Part shown: piece after piece, positions 18,024 through 29,088 of the stretch | How positions within the stretch are numbered: position 1 is the stretch's first letter | Layout: each line of letters starts with the position of its first letter | Origin: Corallococcus exiguus | GTDB lineage: Bacteria > Myxococcota > Myxococcia > Myxococcales > Myxococcaceae | DNA length: 64,000 nucleotides | Reading direction: 5' to 3' (one strand) | Assembly: GCF_017302975.1 (NCBI RefSeq) | Contig: NZ_JAFIMT010000003.1 | Made by a program: the position numbers and the translations under genes | The notes under the pieces: model-generated | What the model saw: only the letters and a program-made list of their open reading frames with translations | Databases searched by the model: none | What the model was told of the DNA's origin: nothing

Positions 18024-21000
18024 ATGCGGTCACAACGCGCTGTCTGGAGCAGGCTCCTGTTGTTCGCCGCGAGCCTGGGCCTTCTTTCCTGCGGCGGGAA
18101 CGAGCGCCCGGCGGCATCCGAGGGCATCCGCACCACGCACGCCCGTCTCGCGACGGCACCGGCCTGGTACGCCACCCCGTCCATGGCGACGGCACGCGGG
18201 CAACACGCGGCCGTCCTGCTCCCCAACGGCAAGCTGCTCGTCGTCAACGGCGTCAACTCGTCCGGATTCGTGGGCACGGCGGAGACCTACGATCCCGCCA
18301 CCAGCACCTGGGCCTCCGCGGGCCCCTCCAGCCTCACGGGCAACGTCACCCTGGCCGTGCTCCTGCCCACGGGCCGGGTGCTGGTACTGACCGATGGCTC
18401 GCAGGGGGGACGCCTCTATGATCCCGTCGCCAACACCTGGGCCGCCACGGGCAACATGTCCACGACCCGCGCCCTCCCCACGGCCACGCTGCTGGCCACG
18501 GGACAGGTCCTCATCGCGGGCGGCACCGGCGGTGGCGGCGTCCGGCTCACGACCGCGGAGATCTACGACCCCGCGACCAACACCTTCACCACCACGGGCG
18601 CCATGACCGTGGGCCGCGGCGCGCACATGTCGACGCGGCTGCGTGACGGGCGGGTGCTCGCGGTGAGCGGCTTCAACGGAAGCGGCGAGGTGCCCGGCGC
18701 CGACCTCTACGATCCGGCCAGCGGCACCTGGTCCGCCGCCGCGCCCCCGCTGGTGGCCCGCCACTACTCCACCAGCACCCTGCTTCCCGACGGCCGCGTG
18801 CTCGTCGCGGGTGGATTCACCGCGAGCGGTGTCACGGCCCAGTCGGAGCTCTACGACCCGGCCGCCAACACCTGGACCGCGACCGGCAGCCTCGCGTTCC
18901 CGCGCGCCAGCCACATGGCCACGTTGCTGCCCGATGGCCGCATCCTCGTCACCGGCGGTTCCAACACTTCCAGGGCGGCGCAGATCGAATCGGAGCTCTA
19001 CGACCCCGCCACCGGCACCTGGACCGCCGCGGGCACGATGAACATCGCCCGCGAGAACCACACCGCGACGCTGCTGCCCACGGGCAAGGTGTTCGTCACG
19101 GGCGGGTTCGCCCAGAACCCCAGCCTGACCTTCTTCGCGCAGACGGAGGTCTACGACCCCGCCGCGAGCCAGTGGTCCCCGGCCGGCGCCATGGGCACGC
19201 CCCGGACGGATCCCATGGTGGCTCTGCTGCCTGGTGGCCAGGTGCTCGTCGCGGGAGGCCGTGGTGTCAGTTCCTCGGCGGCGGTGGAGGTGTATGACCG
19301 CGCGAGCAACAGCTGGAGCGCCGCGCCCGCGCTCGCCGTGCCCCGCGAGCGCGCGACCGCGACCGTCCTGCGCTCCGGCCAGGTGCTGGTCGCGGGTGGA
19401 CGTAACGGGACCACCTCGACGGCTTCCGCCGAACGCTACGATTCCACCACCGGGACCTGGCTGCCCACCGCCGACCTCCTCGGCACGCGGCACCTCCACT
19501 CCGCCACGCTCCTGCCGGATGGCCGGGTGTTCGTGTCCGGCGGACAGCGCAACGCCGCGGTGCTCGCCTCCGCGGAGCTCTACTCGGCCGACACCAACAC
19601 CTGGAGCGCGGCGGCGCCCCCCACCGTCGCGCGCGCGAGCCACGGCGCGGTGCTGCTCCATGACGGCCGGGTGCTCGTCGCCGGCGGCCATGACAACAGC
19701 GGCGCGGAGACGGCCTCGGCGGAGCTGTACGACCCCGCCACGAACACCTGGTCCCCCGCGGCGAACCTCGACAACGTCCGGGACGAGCTGACGCTGACGC
19801 TGCTGCCCTCGGGCCAGGTGTTGGCGGCGGGAGGAAAGGTGGGCCTCACGTACCTCACGTCCGCGGAGCTGTACGACCCCGCCACGAACACCTGGACCCC
19901 GGTGGGCCCGCTCGCGCAGTCGCGCATGCACCACACCGCCACGTTGCTGCCCTCCGGCAAGGTCTTGATCGCGGGCGGCCTGACCGACCTGGGCGCCTAC
20001 GTCGACACCGCGGAGATGTTCGATCCCCAGCTGCGCATCTTCACGACCGTCGCGGACCCCACCACGCGCGGAGGGCTGATCTCCACCGCCCTGCCTTCAG
20101 GCGAGGCCCTCCTCGTGGGAGGCGTGGGCCCGCCCGACGCGGAGCTGTTCAACGAGAACGGCGCCCAGCCCGCATGGCGGCCCACGGTGACGAATCCGGT
20201 GACCCTCGTCGCGGCCTGCCCCACCGTCCTGGAGGGCATGCTGTTCCGGGGCATCTCCGGAGGCAGCAGCGGCAGCTACTCGGACTCCTCCACCGACTTC
20301 CCCCTGGTGCGGTTCCGCGCCGCGGAGGGCGGCCGTCTCTGGACGCTCCCCTCCAGCAACACCTCGGCCACGCGCGCGACGGTGACCGTCCCCGCGGACG
20401 TGCCGGTGGGCACCTACGGGCTGACTGTCTTCGCCAACGCCATCTCCGGCGGGCGGATGGTGACCGTCGTCGCCAACCGTCCTCCGACGGCGGCGGACCA
20501 GACGGTCGTCGTTCCGAAGGACACGGTCACGGCGATCGCCCTGAGCGGCACGGATCCGGACCCCGGCCAGGTGTTGAGCTGGACCGCGGTCACCCAGCCG
20601 CAGCACGGCACGCTCGGCACCAGCGCGCAGGGGACGCTCGAGTACACCCCCAACCCCGGCTTCGTGGGCACGGACAGCTTCACCTACCGGGTCCGTGACT
20701 GCGCCGACGACAGCAACATCGCGACCGTGACCCTCAACGTGACCGAGGACGCGGTGCCCACCACCCTCACCTGCCCCGCGAACCTCACCGTGGAGGCGAC
20801 GGATCCGGACGGCGCGCTCGTGACCTACGACCCTGCCGTGCTGGAGCCGGCGGGAGGGCTCCCGGTGAGCTACTCGCAGCCGTCAGGCTCGCTGTTCCCG
20901 ATTGGCACCACGACGGTCACCGCGACCTCCACCGGCCTCACCTGTACGTTCCAGGTGACGGTGCAGGACACCACGGCGCCCACCCTCACCTGCCCCGCGG

Positions 21001-21323
21001 ACATCACCGTGGCGCCGAACACGCAGGTGACGTTCACGCCCACGGCCACGGACGCGGTGACGGCCAATCCGACCGTGACGTCTTCGCCCGCGTCGGGCAG
21101 TGAGTTCCCCGCGGGAGCCACGCAGGTCACCGTCACCGCCACGGATGCGGCGGGCAACACCGCGCAGTGCACGTTCCAGGTCCGGGTCCAGGCGCAGGTC
21201 GTGGAGATTGCCGGCGGTGGCTGTAACAGCACCGGTGGCACCACGTCCGCGCTGGCGCTCCTCGCCGCCCTGGCGGCCTGGGGCTCGTCGCGTCGCCGTC
21301 AGAACCCGGCCCGGGGGAACTGA
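18024..21323 (+). CDS. Kelch-repeat (multi-blade beta-propeller) lipoprotein with two HYR-like domains and MYXO-CTERM anchor
   Basis: Lipobox LLSCGG. There are at least 13 repeats of the ...YDPA(T/S)(N/G)TW(S/T)..A..M... Kelch motif, then PTLTCPA...TCTFQV HYR-like modules. The C-terminal GGGCNSTGG + hydrophobic stretch + RRRQ is a MYXO-CTERM sorting signal. Confidence 0.85.
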   Translation: MRSQRAVWSRLLLFAASLGLLSCGGNERPAASEGIRTTHARLATAPAWYATPSMATARGQHAAVLLPNGKLLVVNGVNSSGFVGTAETYDPATSTWASAGPSSLTGNVTLAVLLPTGRVLVLTDGSQGGRLYDPVANTWAATGNMSTTRALPTATLLATGQVLIAGGTGGGGVRLTTAEIYDPATNTFTTTGAMTVGRGAHMSTRLRDGRVLAVSGFNGSGEVPGADLYDPASGTWSAAAPPLVARHYSTSTLLPDGRVLVAGGFTASGVTAQSELYDPAANTWTATGSLAFPRASHMATLLPDGRILVTGGSNTSRAAQIESELYDPATGTWTAAGTMNIARENHTATLLPTGKVFVTGGFAQNPSLTFFAQTEVYDPAASQWSPAGAMGTPRTDPMVALLPGGQVLVAGGRGVSSSAAVEVYDRASNSWSAAPALAVPRERATATVLRSGQVLVAGGRNGTTSTASAERYDSTTGTWLPTADLLGTRHLHSATLLPDGRVFVSGGQRNAAVLASAELYSADTNTWSAAAPPTVARASHGAVLLHDGRVLVAGGHDNSGAETASAELYDPATNTWSPAANLDNVRDELTLTLLPSGQVLAAGGKVGLTYLTSAELYDPATNTWTPVGPLAQSRMHHTATLLPSGKVLIAGGLTDLGAYVDTAEMFDPQLRIFTTVADPTTRGGLISTALPSGEALLVGGVGPPDAELFNENGAQPAWRPTVTNPVTLVAACPTVLEGMLFRGISGGSSGSYSDSSTDFPLVRFRAAEGGRLWTLPSSNTSATRATVTVPADVPVGTYGLTVFANAISGGRMVTVVANRPPTAADQTVVVPKDTVTAIALSGTDPDPGQVLSWTAVTQPQHGTLGTSAQGTLEYTPNPGFVGTDSFTYRVRDCADDSNIATVTLNVTEDAVPTTLTCPANLTVEATDPDGALVTYDPAVLEPAGGLPVSYSQPSGSLFPIGTTTVTATSTGLTCTFQVTVQDTTAPTLTCPADITVAPNTQVTFTPTATDAVTANPTVTSSPASGSEFPAGATQVTVTATDAAGNTAQCTFQVRVQAQVVEIAGGGCNSTGGTTSALALLAALAAWGSSRRRQNPARGN

Positions 21324-21326
21324 GAC

Positions 21327-23072
21327 ATGCGCTCCCTCTTTTCTCGAATGGACCTCTCCTTGCGTACGAAGGCTCAGAGCTGGGCGCTGGCCGCGCTGCT
21401 GGCCACCGCCGTCACCCCCGCCGCGTTCGGGCAGACCACCACGAGCCCGCTGAGGCCGCTGGACCTGGAGCGCCTGCGCTTCACGCCCGCGGCGACGGAC
21501 TCGATGCTGGTGGACACCGGCCGCGTGCTCCCCGAGGGCGGCTACCGCCTGCTCCTCATGGTCAACTACGAGCGCGGCATCCTCCTGCTCCAGGGCAGTG
21601 ATGGACTGGAGCGCTCCATCCTCCACTACCGCACCGCGGGCTGGCTGGCCGGTGCGTGGTCGCCGGTGGACCGGTTGGAGTTCTCCGCGAAGCTGCCCGT
21701 CATCATCGCGCAGGGCGGTCACGGCGCGGAGCAGCTGGTGGGCGTGAGCGAGCCGGACTCGTTCGGCCTGGGTACGCCGGAGCTGGGCGTGCGCTACGAG
21801 CTGCTGCGGCGCGAGGAAGGCGCGCCGGTGTTCCTGGGCCTGGGCCTGGACATCGGGATTCCGGGAGGCACGGCGGACGCGTTCGGCCGTCAGGCGGGCT
21901 GGGCCGGGTTCCAGTTCGCGCCCCGCGTTTCCATCAGCCGCGAGGTGGGCCCCGTGGTGCTGGGCGCCAACGCGGGCATCCGGATCCGCTCGCGGGAAGT
22001 GGAGCCGGGCCGCGACGTGGGCACGGAGCTGGAGCAGGGCGTGGTGGTGGCCACGCGCGGCAAGGGGCTGCGCGCCGAAATCGCGCTGCAGGCCGCCGAG
22101 TCGCTCGTGGAGTCGGACCTGGCGCTGGAGCTCTTGGGCGGCGTGCGGCTGCCGGTGGGCGCGGGCTTCGAGGCCTTCGCGATTGGCGGGCACGGCTTCA
22201 CGGACATCCCGGGCACGCCGTCGTTCCGGCTGGGCGCGGGCATCGCGTACGCGAACGAGCCCGAGCCCGTGGACCGGTGCCGCACCGGCCGCAGCCACAC
22301 GCCGGAGCAGTGCCCGAACGAGGACGACGACGGCGACGGCGTGGCCAACAAGGACGACCGCTGCCCGCTGGAGGCCGGCTCCGTGGAGAACAACGGCTGC
22401 CCGGACAAGGACTCGGACGGCGACGGCGTGGTGGACCGCGAAGACCAATGCCCGAACGAGGCCGGCCCCGCGTCCGAGCGTGGCTGCCCGGTGAAGGACA
22501 CGGACGGAGACGGCGTGCCGGACAAGGACGACGCCTGCCCGAACCAGGCCGGCCCCGCGTCCGAGCGTGGCTGCCCCGTGAAGGACACGGATGGCGACGG
22601 CGTGCCGGACAAGGACGATGCCTGCCCGAACGAGGCCGGTCCCGCGTCCGAGCGTGGCTGCCCCGCGAAGGAACAGCCCAAGCCCGAGGAGCCCAAGCCC
22701 CAGCCCCAGGAGAAGCCCGCGGAGACGACGTCGCCGCTGGAGCACATCGTCCAGTTCCCGGTGAACCAGTCGGAGTTCCAGGAGAACGAGCAGCGGCAGC
22801 TGGATGACATCGCGGCCTACCTGAAGGCGAACCCGAAGCTGAACGTCCGGATTGAAGGCCACACGGACAACAGCGGTCCGGAGGAAGCCAACCGCACGCT
22901 GAGCCAGCAGCGCGCGAACCGCGTGCGCGCGTACCTCATCCAGCAGGGCATCGCGGGCTCGCGGCTGGAGGCGAAGGGCTTCGGCCCCGACCGTCCGCGC
23001 GTGTCCAACGAGACGCCGGAAGGCCGCAGCGCGAACCGCCGCGTGGAGTTCGTCCCCGTCACGGGGAGCTGA
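21327..23072 (+). CDS. OmpA-family outer-membrane protein with thrombospondin type-3 (Ca-binding) repeats
   Basis: Signal peptide, then a beta-strand-rich N-domain. Repeated DxDxDGxxDxxDxCP (TSP3) units follow, and a C-terminal OmpA_C domain (NVRIEGHTDNSG...NRTLSQQRANRVRAYL...GFGPDRP). Confidence 0.85.
   Translation: MRSLFSRMDLSLRTKAQSWALAALLATAVTPAAFGQTTTSPLRPLDLERLRFTPAATDSMLVDTGRVLPEGGYRLLLMVNYERGILLLQGSDGLERSILHYRTAGWLAGAWSPVDRLEFSAKLPVIIAQGGHGAEQLVGVSEPDSFGLGTPELGVRYELLRREEGAPVFLGLGLDIGIPGGTADAFGRQAGWAGFQFAPRVSISREVGPVVLGANAGIRIRSREVEPGRDVGTELEQGVVVATRGKGLRAEIALQAAESLVESDLALELLGGVRLPVGAGFEAFAIGGHGFTDIPGTPSFRLGAGIAYANEPEPVDRCRTGRSHTPEQCPNEDDDGDGVANKDDRCPLEAGSVENNGCPDKDSDGDGVVDREDQCPNEAGPASERGCPVKDTDGDGVPDKDDACPNQAGPASERGCPVKDTDGDGVPDKDDACPNEAGPASERGCPAKEQPKPEEPKPQPQEKPAETTSPLEHIVQFPVNQSEFQENEQRQLDDIAAYLKANPKLNVRIEGHTDNSGPEEANRTLSQQRANRVRAYLIQQGIAGSRLEAKGFGPDRPRVSNETPEGRSANRRVEFVPVTGS
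22452..22680 (+). repeat. 87-bp near-identical tandem repeat (about 2.6 copies) encoding TSP3 units CPNEAGPASERGCPVKDTDGDGVPDKDDA
   Basis: Direct reading: the 22452-22538 and 22539-22625 units differ at only a few bases, and a third partial copy follows. Confidence 0.8.
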
Positions 23073-23169
23073 CCGCGTCAACGGGACGCCGCTTCGTGGT
23101 CACCCACGAAGCGGCGCATGGATGTTTCAGTAAGACGGGCGTGGAGGCCTCCTCCACGCCCGTTTTGCG

Positions 23170-23943
23170 TCAGGCCTCTTCAGGGTGCAGCTGCACCAGC
23201 GCGGGAAGCTCCGCCGCGCGGTCACGCAGCCGCGCCTTGGGGCGGATGGCCACCGGAACGCGGGAGGCCGCGAGCAGCTCCAGGTCGAACACGTTGTCGC
23301 CGAACGCCGCGTAGAGCGGCCGGTCCGTCCGCAGCCTCAGGCTGTTCACCTTGCCGGGGCCGTAGGGCACGGGCTCGAAGACGGACGTCAGCAGCCGTCC
23401 ACCCTCCTCTTTCGGCGTGCAGGCCACCACGAAGTCAGGCGTGATGCCCACCTCGCGCACCGCGGCCTCCACCACCGCGCGAGGCGACGCGCTGACCACG
23501 TAGCAGTCCACGCCCTGCCCCCGCGCCCACTCCACCACGCGGCGGGCTTCTGGATGGACGCGGCCGGCCACGCCCCTCCGGGCCACCACGTCGAGCGCGA
23601 AGCCGCGCATCTCCTCCGCGTGCCAGCCGGCGAAGATCCACGCCATCATCTCGTAGGTGTCCTTCTCCGGCAGCCGCCCGGCCTCGAACGCCTTGAACAG
23701 CGCGTGCGCCAGCGTCACCACGTCCGGATGCGACTCCACGCCATGGCGGGCCCCCAGCTGCTCCAGCGCCACGCGGGCCTCGGGGCGCACGCCGCCGTGC
23801 TCCAGCAGGGCCATGAACAGGTCATCCCCCACGTCCCCGCTCCACAGCGTGCCGTCCCCATCGAAGGCCAGCACGCCGTCCGGCGTCCGCTCCACCTCGC
23901 GACGGATGCGCTCCAGCGTCTCCTCGACCCGCTCAATCCTCAT
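23170..23943 (-). CDS. HAD-superfamily (IB-like) hydrolase
   Basis: LAFDGDGTLWSGD carries motif I DxDGT. The downstream motifs are YVVSASP and a C-terminal GDNVFD. Confidence 0.75.
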   Translation of the reverse strand: MRIERVEETLERIRREVERTPDGVLAFDGDGTLWSGDVGDDLFMALLEHGGVRPEARVALEQLGARHGVESHPDVVTLAHALFKAFEAGRLPEKDTYEMMAWIFAGWHAEEMRGFALDVVARRGVAGRVHPEARRVVEWARGQGVDCYVVSASPRAVVEAAVREVGITPDFVVACTPKEEGGRLLTSVFEPVPYGPGKVNSLRLRTDRPLYAAFGDNVFDLELLAASRVPVAIRPKARLRDRAAELPALVQLHPEEA

Positions 23944-24047
23944 GGGCGGCATCCTCGCTGGCCGCACTGGCCGGTGTCACCCGTGGCCGCGAAGCCGGGA
24001 GGCGGGCTGTTCACCATCCCGGGGAACGGGTGTCTACTCTTCAGGGC

Positions 24048-24608
24048 ATGGCACGAACCGAGAAAGAGAAGATGCTCGCGGGCGAGTTGTACGTCGCCGT
24101 GGACCCGCAGCTGACCGCCGAGCGGAGCCGCGCCCGGAAGCTCCTGCGCTCCTACAACCAGTCCACCGAGGACGAGCTGCCGCTGCGTGAAAGCCTGCTC
24201 ACCGAGTTGCTGGGCAAGGTGGGCGCCGGAACGTGGATCGAACCGCCGTTCCTCTGCGACTACGGCGAGCACATCCGGCTGGGCGAGCGCGTCTTCATGA
24301 ACTTCCAGTGCGTCATCCTGGACTGCAACACGGTGACGATTGGCGACGACGTGTCCTTCGGCCCGAACGTACAGGTCTACGCGGCCACGCATCCGCTGGA
24401 CCCGGATGAGCGCATCAAGGGCCCGGAGCTTGGGCGCCCCGTCACCATCGGTTCGAAGGTGTGGATTGGAGGCGGGTCCATCATCTGCCCGGGAGTCACC
24501 ATCGGAGAGGGAACCACGATTGGCGCGGGCAGCGTGGTGACGCGGGACATTCCGCCGTATGTCTTCGCCGCCGGCAATCCCTGTCGCGTCATCCGGAACC
24601 TCCGGTAG
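24048..24608 (+). CDS. Maltose/galactoside O-acetyltransferase family (left-handed beta-helix) acetyltransferase
   Basis: The N-terminal MAT/LacA-like helix (EKEKMLAGELY) and hexapeptide repeats (VTIGDDVSFGPNVQV...VTIGSKVWIGGGSII) are both present. Confidence 0.85.
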   Translation: MARTEKEKMLAGELYVAVDPQLTAERSRARKLLRSYNQSTEDELPLRESLLTELLGKVGAGTWIEPPFLCDYGEHIRLGERVFMNFQCVILDCNTVTIGDDVSFGPNVQVYAATHPLDPDERIKGPELGRPVTIGSKVWIGGGSIICPGVTIGEGTTIGAGSVVTRDIPPYVFAAGNPCRVIRNLR

Positions 24609-24650
24609 CGCACTGTCCTTGCGGCCCGGAATCGAGCAAGACTCAAGGCC

Positions 24651-25388
24651 ATGAGCCTGAGATTGCTGCCGCCAGCGAAGAAGGTGCCCTTGCTCTGGGA
24701 ACGGCCCGAGCCGGCCCCCCCGCCTGGCTCGGTCCCGCTGCGATGGGCAGCCATCGCACGGGCGGCCGTGAGCCTCGCCGACAAGAAGGGGCTCGGCGCC
24801 GTCACCCTGCGCACCGTGGCGGCGGCGCTGAAGGTGGACTCGAAGCGGCTTCGCGAGCGCGTGTTCTCAAAGGAGGAGTTGCACGAGCTCATGGTGGACG
24901 CGTTCTACCAGGAGCTGCTCGCGGACAGCCTCTACGGCGGAGACTGGCGTCAGATCCTTCGCGAAGTCGCCCAACAGTCGCGGCGGGCCGTGCACAAGCA
25001 CCTGTGGTTCACCGACCTGCAGGGCCCTCGGTTCAGCATGGTTCCCCACGCACTCGTGTACATCGATACAACCCTGGACGCGTTGGCGGATGAGCCCGGG
25101 TTCGAGAACATCGGCAGCGCCTTGCGGATCCTGCAGAACGTCAGCGCCTACGCCACGGGCGCCATCGTCGGAGAAGCCACCGAGGTGCGCTGCGAGCGCC
25201 GGTTCGGCAAGGAATGGATGGAGATGCGGGACACCCTGGGGCCCTACTACCGGCGGAGGCTCGCAACCGGCCGGTTCGCGAGGATCGTCCAGGCGGTCGA
25301 GGACCCTTTGGGGACGTCCCTGGACGTGTTGTTCGACCAGGGACTGGAGTTCATGATCGACGGGATCGCCGCGCGGCTCTCACACTGA
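24651..25388 (+). CDS. TetR/AcrR-family transcriptional regulator
   Basis: The N-terminal HTH is LGAVTLRTVAAALKV, and the helical C-terminal domain is ligand-binding-like. Confidence 0.65.
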   Translation: MSLRLLPPAKKVPLLWERPEPAPPPGSVPLRWAAIARAAVSLADKKGLGAVTLRTVAAALKVDSKRLRERVFSKEELHELMVDAFYQELLADSLYGGDWRQILREVAQQSRRAVHKHLWFTDLQGPRFSMVPHALVYIDTTLDALADEPGFENIGSALRILQNVSAYATGAIVGEATEVRCERRFGKEWMEMRDTLGPYYRRRLATGRFARIVQAVEDPLGTSLDVLFDQGLEFMIDGIAARLSH

Positions 25389-25400
25389 GGCGGCGTGACT

Positions 25401-26162
25401 TCAGCCCACGGCCTGGTGGGTCTCGGTGACGCCCTGGTACTGGTAGGCGCCGCTGTCATACGGGGTGATGGCGTCGTCGGCCTTCTTGGTGCAGGCCGCG
25501 GCGGTGGGGTCGAAGGCCTGGAACTGGCCCTTGTCGTCCTTGAACTCCACCCACGCATGGGCGCCCCGGTCCGTATTGCCGAAGACGACGCGCGCGTCCA
25601 CGCCGGCCTGCTCGAAGCGCTGCTCGGCCTCGATGGCCATGTCCACGCAGACGCCGGACTTGGACGCGTCGAAGTTGCTGGAGTTCTTCATGGCGGCATC
25701 CCACGTCTTGCCACCCGAGTAGTCGTACTTCCAGGACGTGGCCTCCTTCGCGATGTCCTGGGCCACCGCATCCGCGCTCTTGCCGGAGGACGGTCCCTTC
25801 GCGCCCTGCGCCTGCGTGGGAGCGGGAGTCGGGGCCGGAGCGGGCTGGGGCTTCTGGGCCTGGGCCTTGGAAGGCTCGAAGCTGTCGCGCTGCCAGTTCT
25901 GCTGGAAGCTCTGTGAGCCGCCGGTGGGCTTCGGGCCCTGGGCCTTCACGCCTTCGCCCTTCAGCAGGGACTCCTTCGTCAGGCCCAGCTCCTTCAGCAG
26001 CTTGGCGAACTCCTGGGGCTGCTTCGCGGAGTCCACCGTCTTCACGGGAGAGCCGTCCGCGTTGACGACCTTCACCACGACATTCCGCGGGGCCTGCGCG
26101 GCTTCGGGGGACACCTTCGCGCACGGGCTGGAGGACGGACGCGAGAGGGAGGAGATCGCCAT
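25401..26162 (-). CDS. Hypothetical protein with Pro/Gln-rich linker and C-terminal transglutaminase-like (Cys-His-Asp) domain
   Basis: In the C-terminal 100 aa, KSGVCVDMA...GAHAWVEFKD...FDPT matches the order and spacing of transglutaminase-like cysteine-peptidase cores. Confidence 0.45.
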   Translation of the reverse strand: MAISSLSRPSSSPCAKVSPEAAQAPRNVVVKVVNADGSPVKTVDSAKQPQEFAKLLKELGLTKESLLKGEGVKAQGPKPTGGSQSFQQNWQRDSFEPSKAQAQKPQPAPAPTPAPTQAQGAKGPSSGKSADAVAQDIAKEATSWKYDYSGGKTWDAAMKNSSNFDASKSGVCVDMAIEAEQRFEQAGVDARVVFGNTDRGAHAWVEFKDDKGQFQAFDPTAAACTKKADDAITPYDSGAYQYQGVTETHQAVG

Positions 26163-26341
26163 GGGTCAGGGCCTCGAAGGAACAGCGGGGATGCCTGTCC
26201 CATAAGCACGGCGTGTGCCAGCGCTCGTGCTCCCTGGGGTGAACGCCAAACCCCTGTGTTTCCAAGGCCCGAAGGCCTGCCCTCGTCAGCGCAAGCCCGC
26301 GCCGCTGATGACAGCCGTGCGCAGGGTGATGTCCGGCGTCA

Positions 26342-27526
26342 TCACCCCGCCGGCTCGGAGGCGACGTCGGGCTCCGGTTCGTCCGGCCCCTCCACGGTGC
26401 GCTCCAGCGTGCGAGCGAGCGCGGCCCGCGCCTCCGCCGCCTCCTCGAAGGGCTCATCGCTCCCGGCCCGCGCGGGGGCAGGCACCGTCGCATCCAGCTC
26501 CGCCGGGTGCAGGCGGAACCACTTCGCGACGAGCATCACCTCCTGGGCCTCCTGAGCGCGGAGGCCAATCGCCTCCGGCTCCGGCACGTCGAAGATGTCC
26601 CGCACGCGTGCGTCCAGCGCCGCCTGCTCCTCCGGCGTCCGGGGCGTGGGCACCTCCGCGCGGATCCGCCCCCGCCGCAGCACATACGTGCGGTCCTCTC
26701 CGGCATGCCCGCGCACCGTGTAGACCAGCGACAGCCGCCGCAGCGTGCGCCCCAGCTCGACGATCCACGCCTGCACGTTCTCCAGCCGCTCCGCGCGATC
26801 CCTCAGCTCCGCCGCGTATTCGAACTGGAGCCGCCGCGCCGCCATCGCCATGCGCTCGCGCAGGATGACCAGCGGCCGGTCCGACTCGCCGTTGAGGAAC
26901 GCCCGAGCCAGCGCGACCTGCGCCAGGTACTCCGCCGTCGTGCACCCGCCCGCGCACGGCGACAGGCACCGCGCCGTCTGCCCGCGCATGCACCGCGGGT
27001 CGTCCTTCAGGGGGAAGAGCTGGATCTGATCCGCCAGCCGCATGGGCGTCTCGGACGGGCAGTCGCGCAGCTCCAGCAGGTCGTTCACCGCGCGCACCAC
27101 GTCCGCCATGGTGTGCCGTCCGTGGAAGGGCCCGAAGTACTCCGCGCGCCCGCCGCCACCGGGCTGGCCCACCACGCGCAGCCGGGGCACGGCCTCGCGC
27201 GTGAGCTGGAGGAAGCAGTGCGCGCGGTCGCGCTTGTGCTCCACGTTGTAGAGGGGCCGGTGGCTCTTGATCAGCCGGAACTCATGGAGCAGCGCCGCGA
27301 ACTCGCTGGCCGTGTACTCCCACTCCACCTGATGCGCCTGGGCGACGATCTCCCAGGCCTTCTCGCCCTCGTCCGCGCGGAAGTACGACAACAGCCGCGT
27401 GCGCACCCGCACGGACTTGCCCACGTAGAGCAGCTCCCCGGCGGGACCGAAGAACCGGTACACGCCGGGCCGGTTCTCCGCGCTTGAGCGGACGTGACTC
27501 AGGAGGGTGGCGACGCGCGGGTCCAT
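26342..27526 (-). CDS. UvrC-homolog GIY-YIG excinuclease (Cho-like)
   Basis: The GIY-YIG motif is GVYRFFGPAGELLYVGKSVRVRTRLLSYF. It also has UvrC-like Cys-rich and middle domains, but lacks the UvrC C-terminal HhH and RNaseH-like parts. Confidence 0.75.
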   Translation of the reverse strand: MDPRVATLLSHVRSSAENRPGVYRFFGPAGELLYVGKSVRVRTRLLSYFRADEGEKAWEIVAQAHQVEWEYTASEFAALLHEFRLIKSHRPLYNVEHKRDRAHCFLQLTREAVPRLRVVGQPGGGGRAEYFGPFHGRHTMADVVRAVNDLLELRDCPSETPMRLADQIQLFPLKDDPRCMRGQTARCLSPCAGGCTTAEYLAQVALARAFLNGESDRPLVILRERMAMAARRLQFEYAAELRDRAERLENVQAWIVELGRTLRRLSLVYTVRGHAGEDRTYVLRRGRIRAEVPTPRTPEEQAALDARVRDIFDVPEPEAIGLRAQEAQEVMLVAKWFRLHPAELDATVPAPARAGSDEPFEEAAEARAALARTLERTVEGPDEPEPDVASEPAG

Positions 27527-27635
27527 GCGGCAGGTAGCGCCACAGGCTAACCCGCCACGTCCCGCCACACCGCCGTTCGCGTGCCGCCCGTCACAACCCG
27601 GCCGGAGGGCGGGCGAAGGGCCACCCGCCCGGACT

Positions 27636-29039
<1,404 letters not shown>

Positions 29040-29088
29040 TTACCGCGCGTCTTGGGTCGCCGCGCCATTTCCGTTACAAGCCGCCGCC

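Noticed and set aside
18030-19934. 634-aa minus-strand ORF
   Set aside because: It is antisense to the Kelch-repeat gene, whose repeats give unambiguous protein-level signal.
20883-23081. 732-aa minus-strand ORF spanning two genes
   Set aside because: It is antisense to the HYR/MYXO-CTERM and OmpA genes and has an Arg-rich junk profile.
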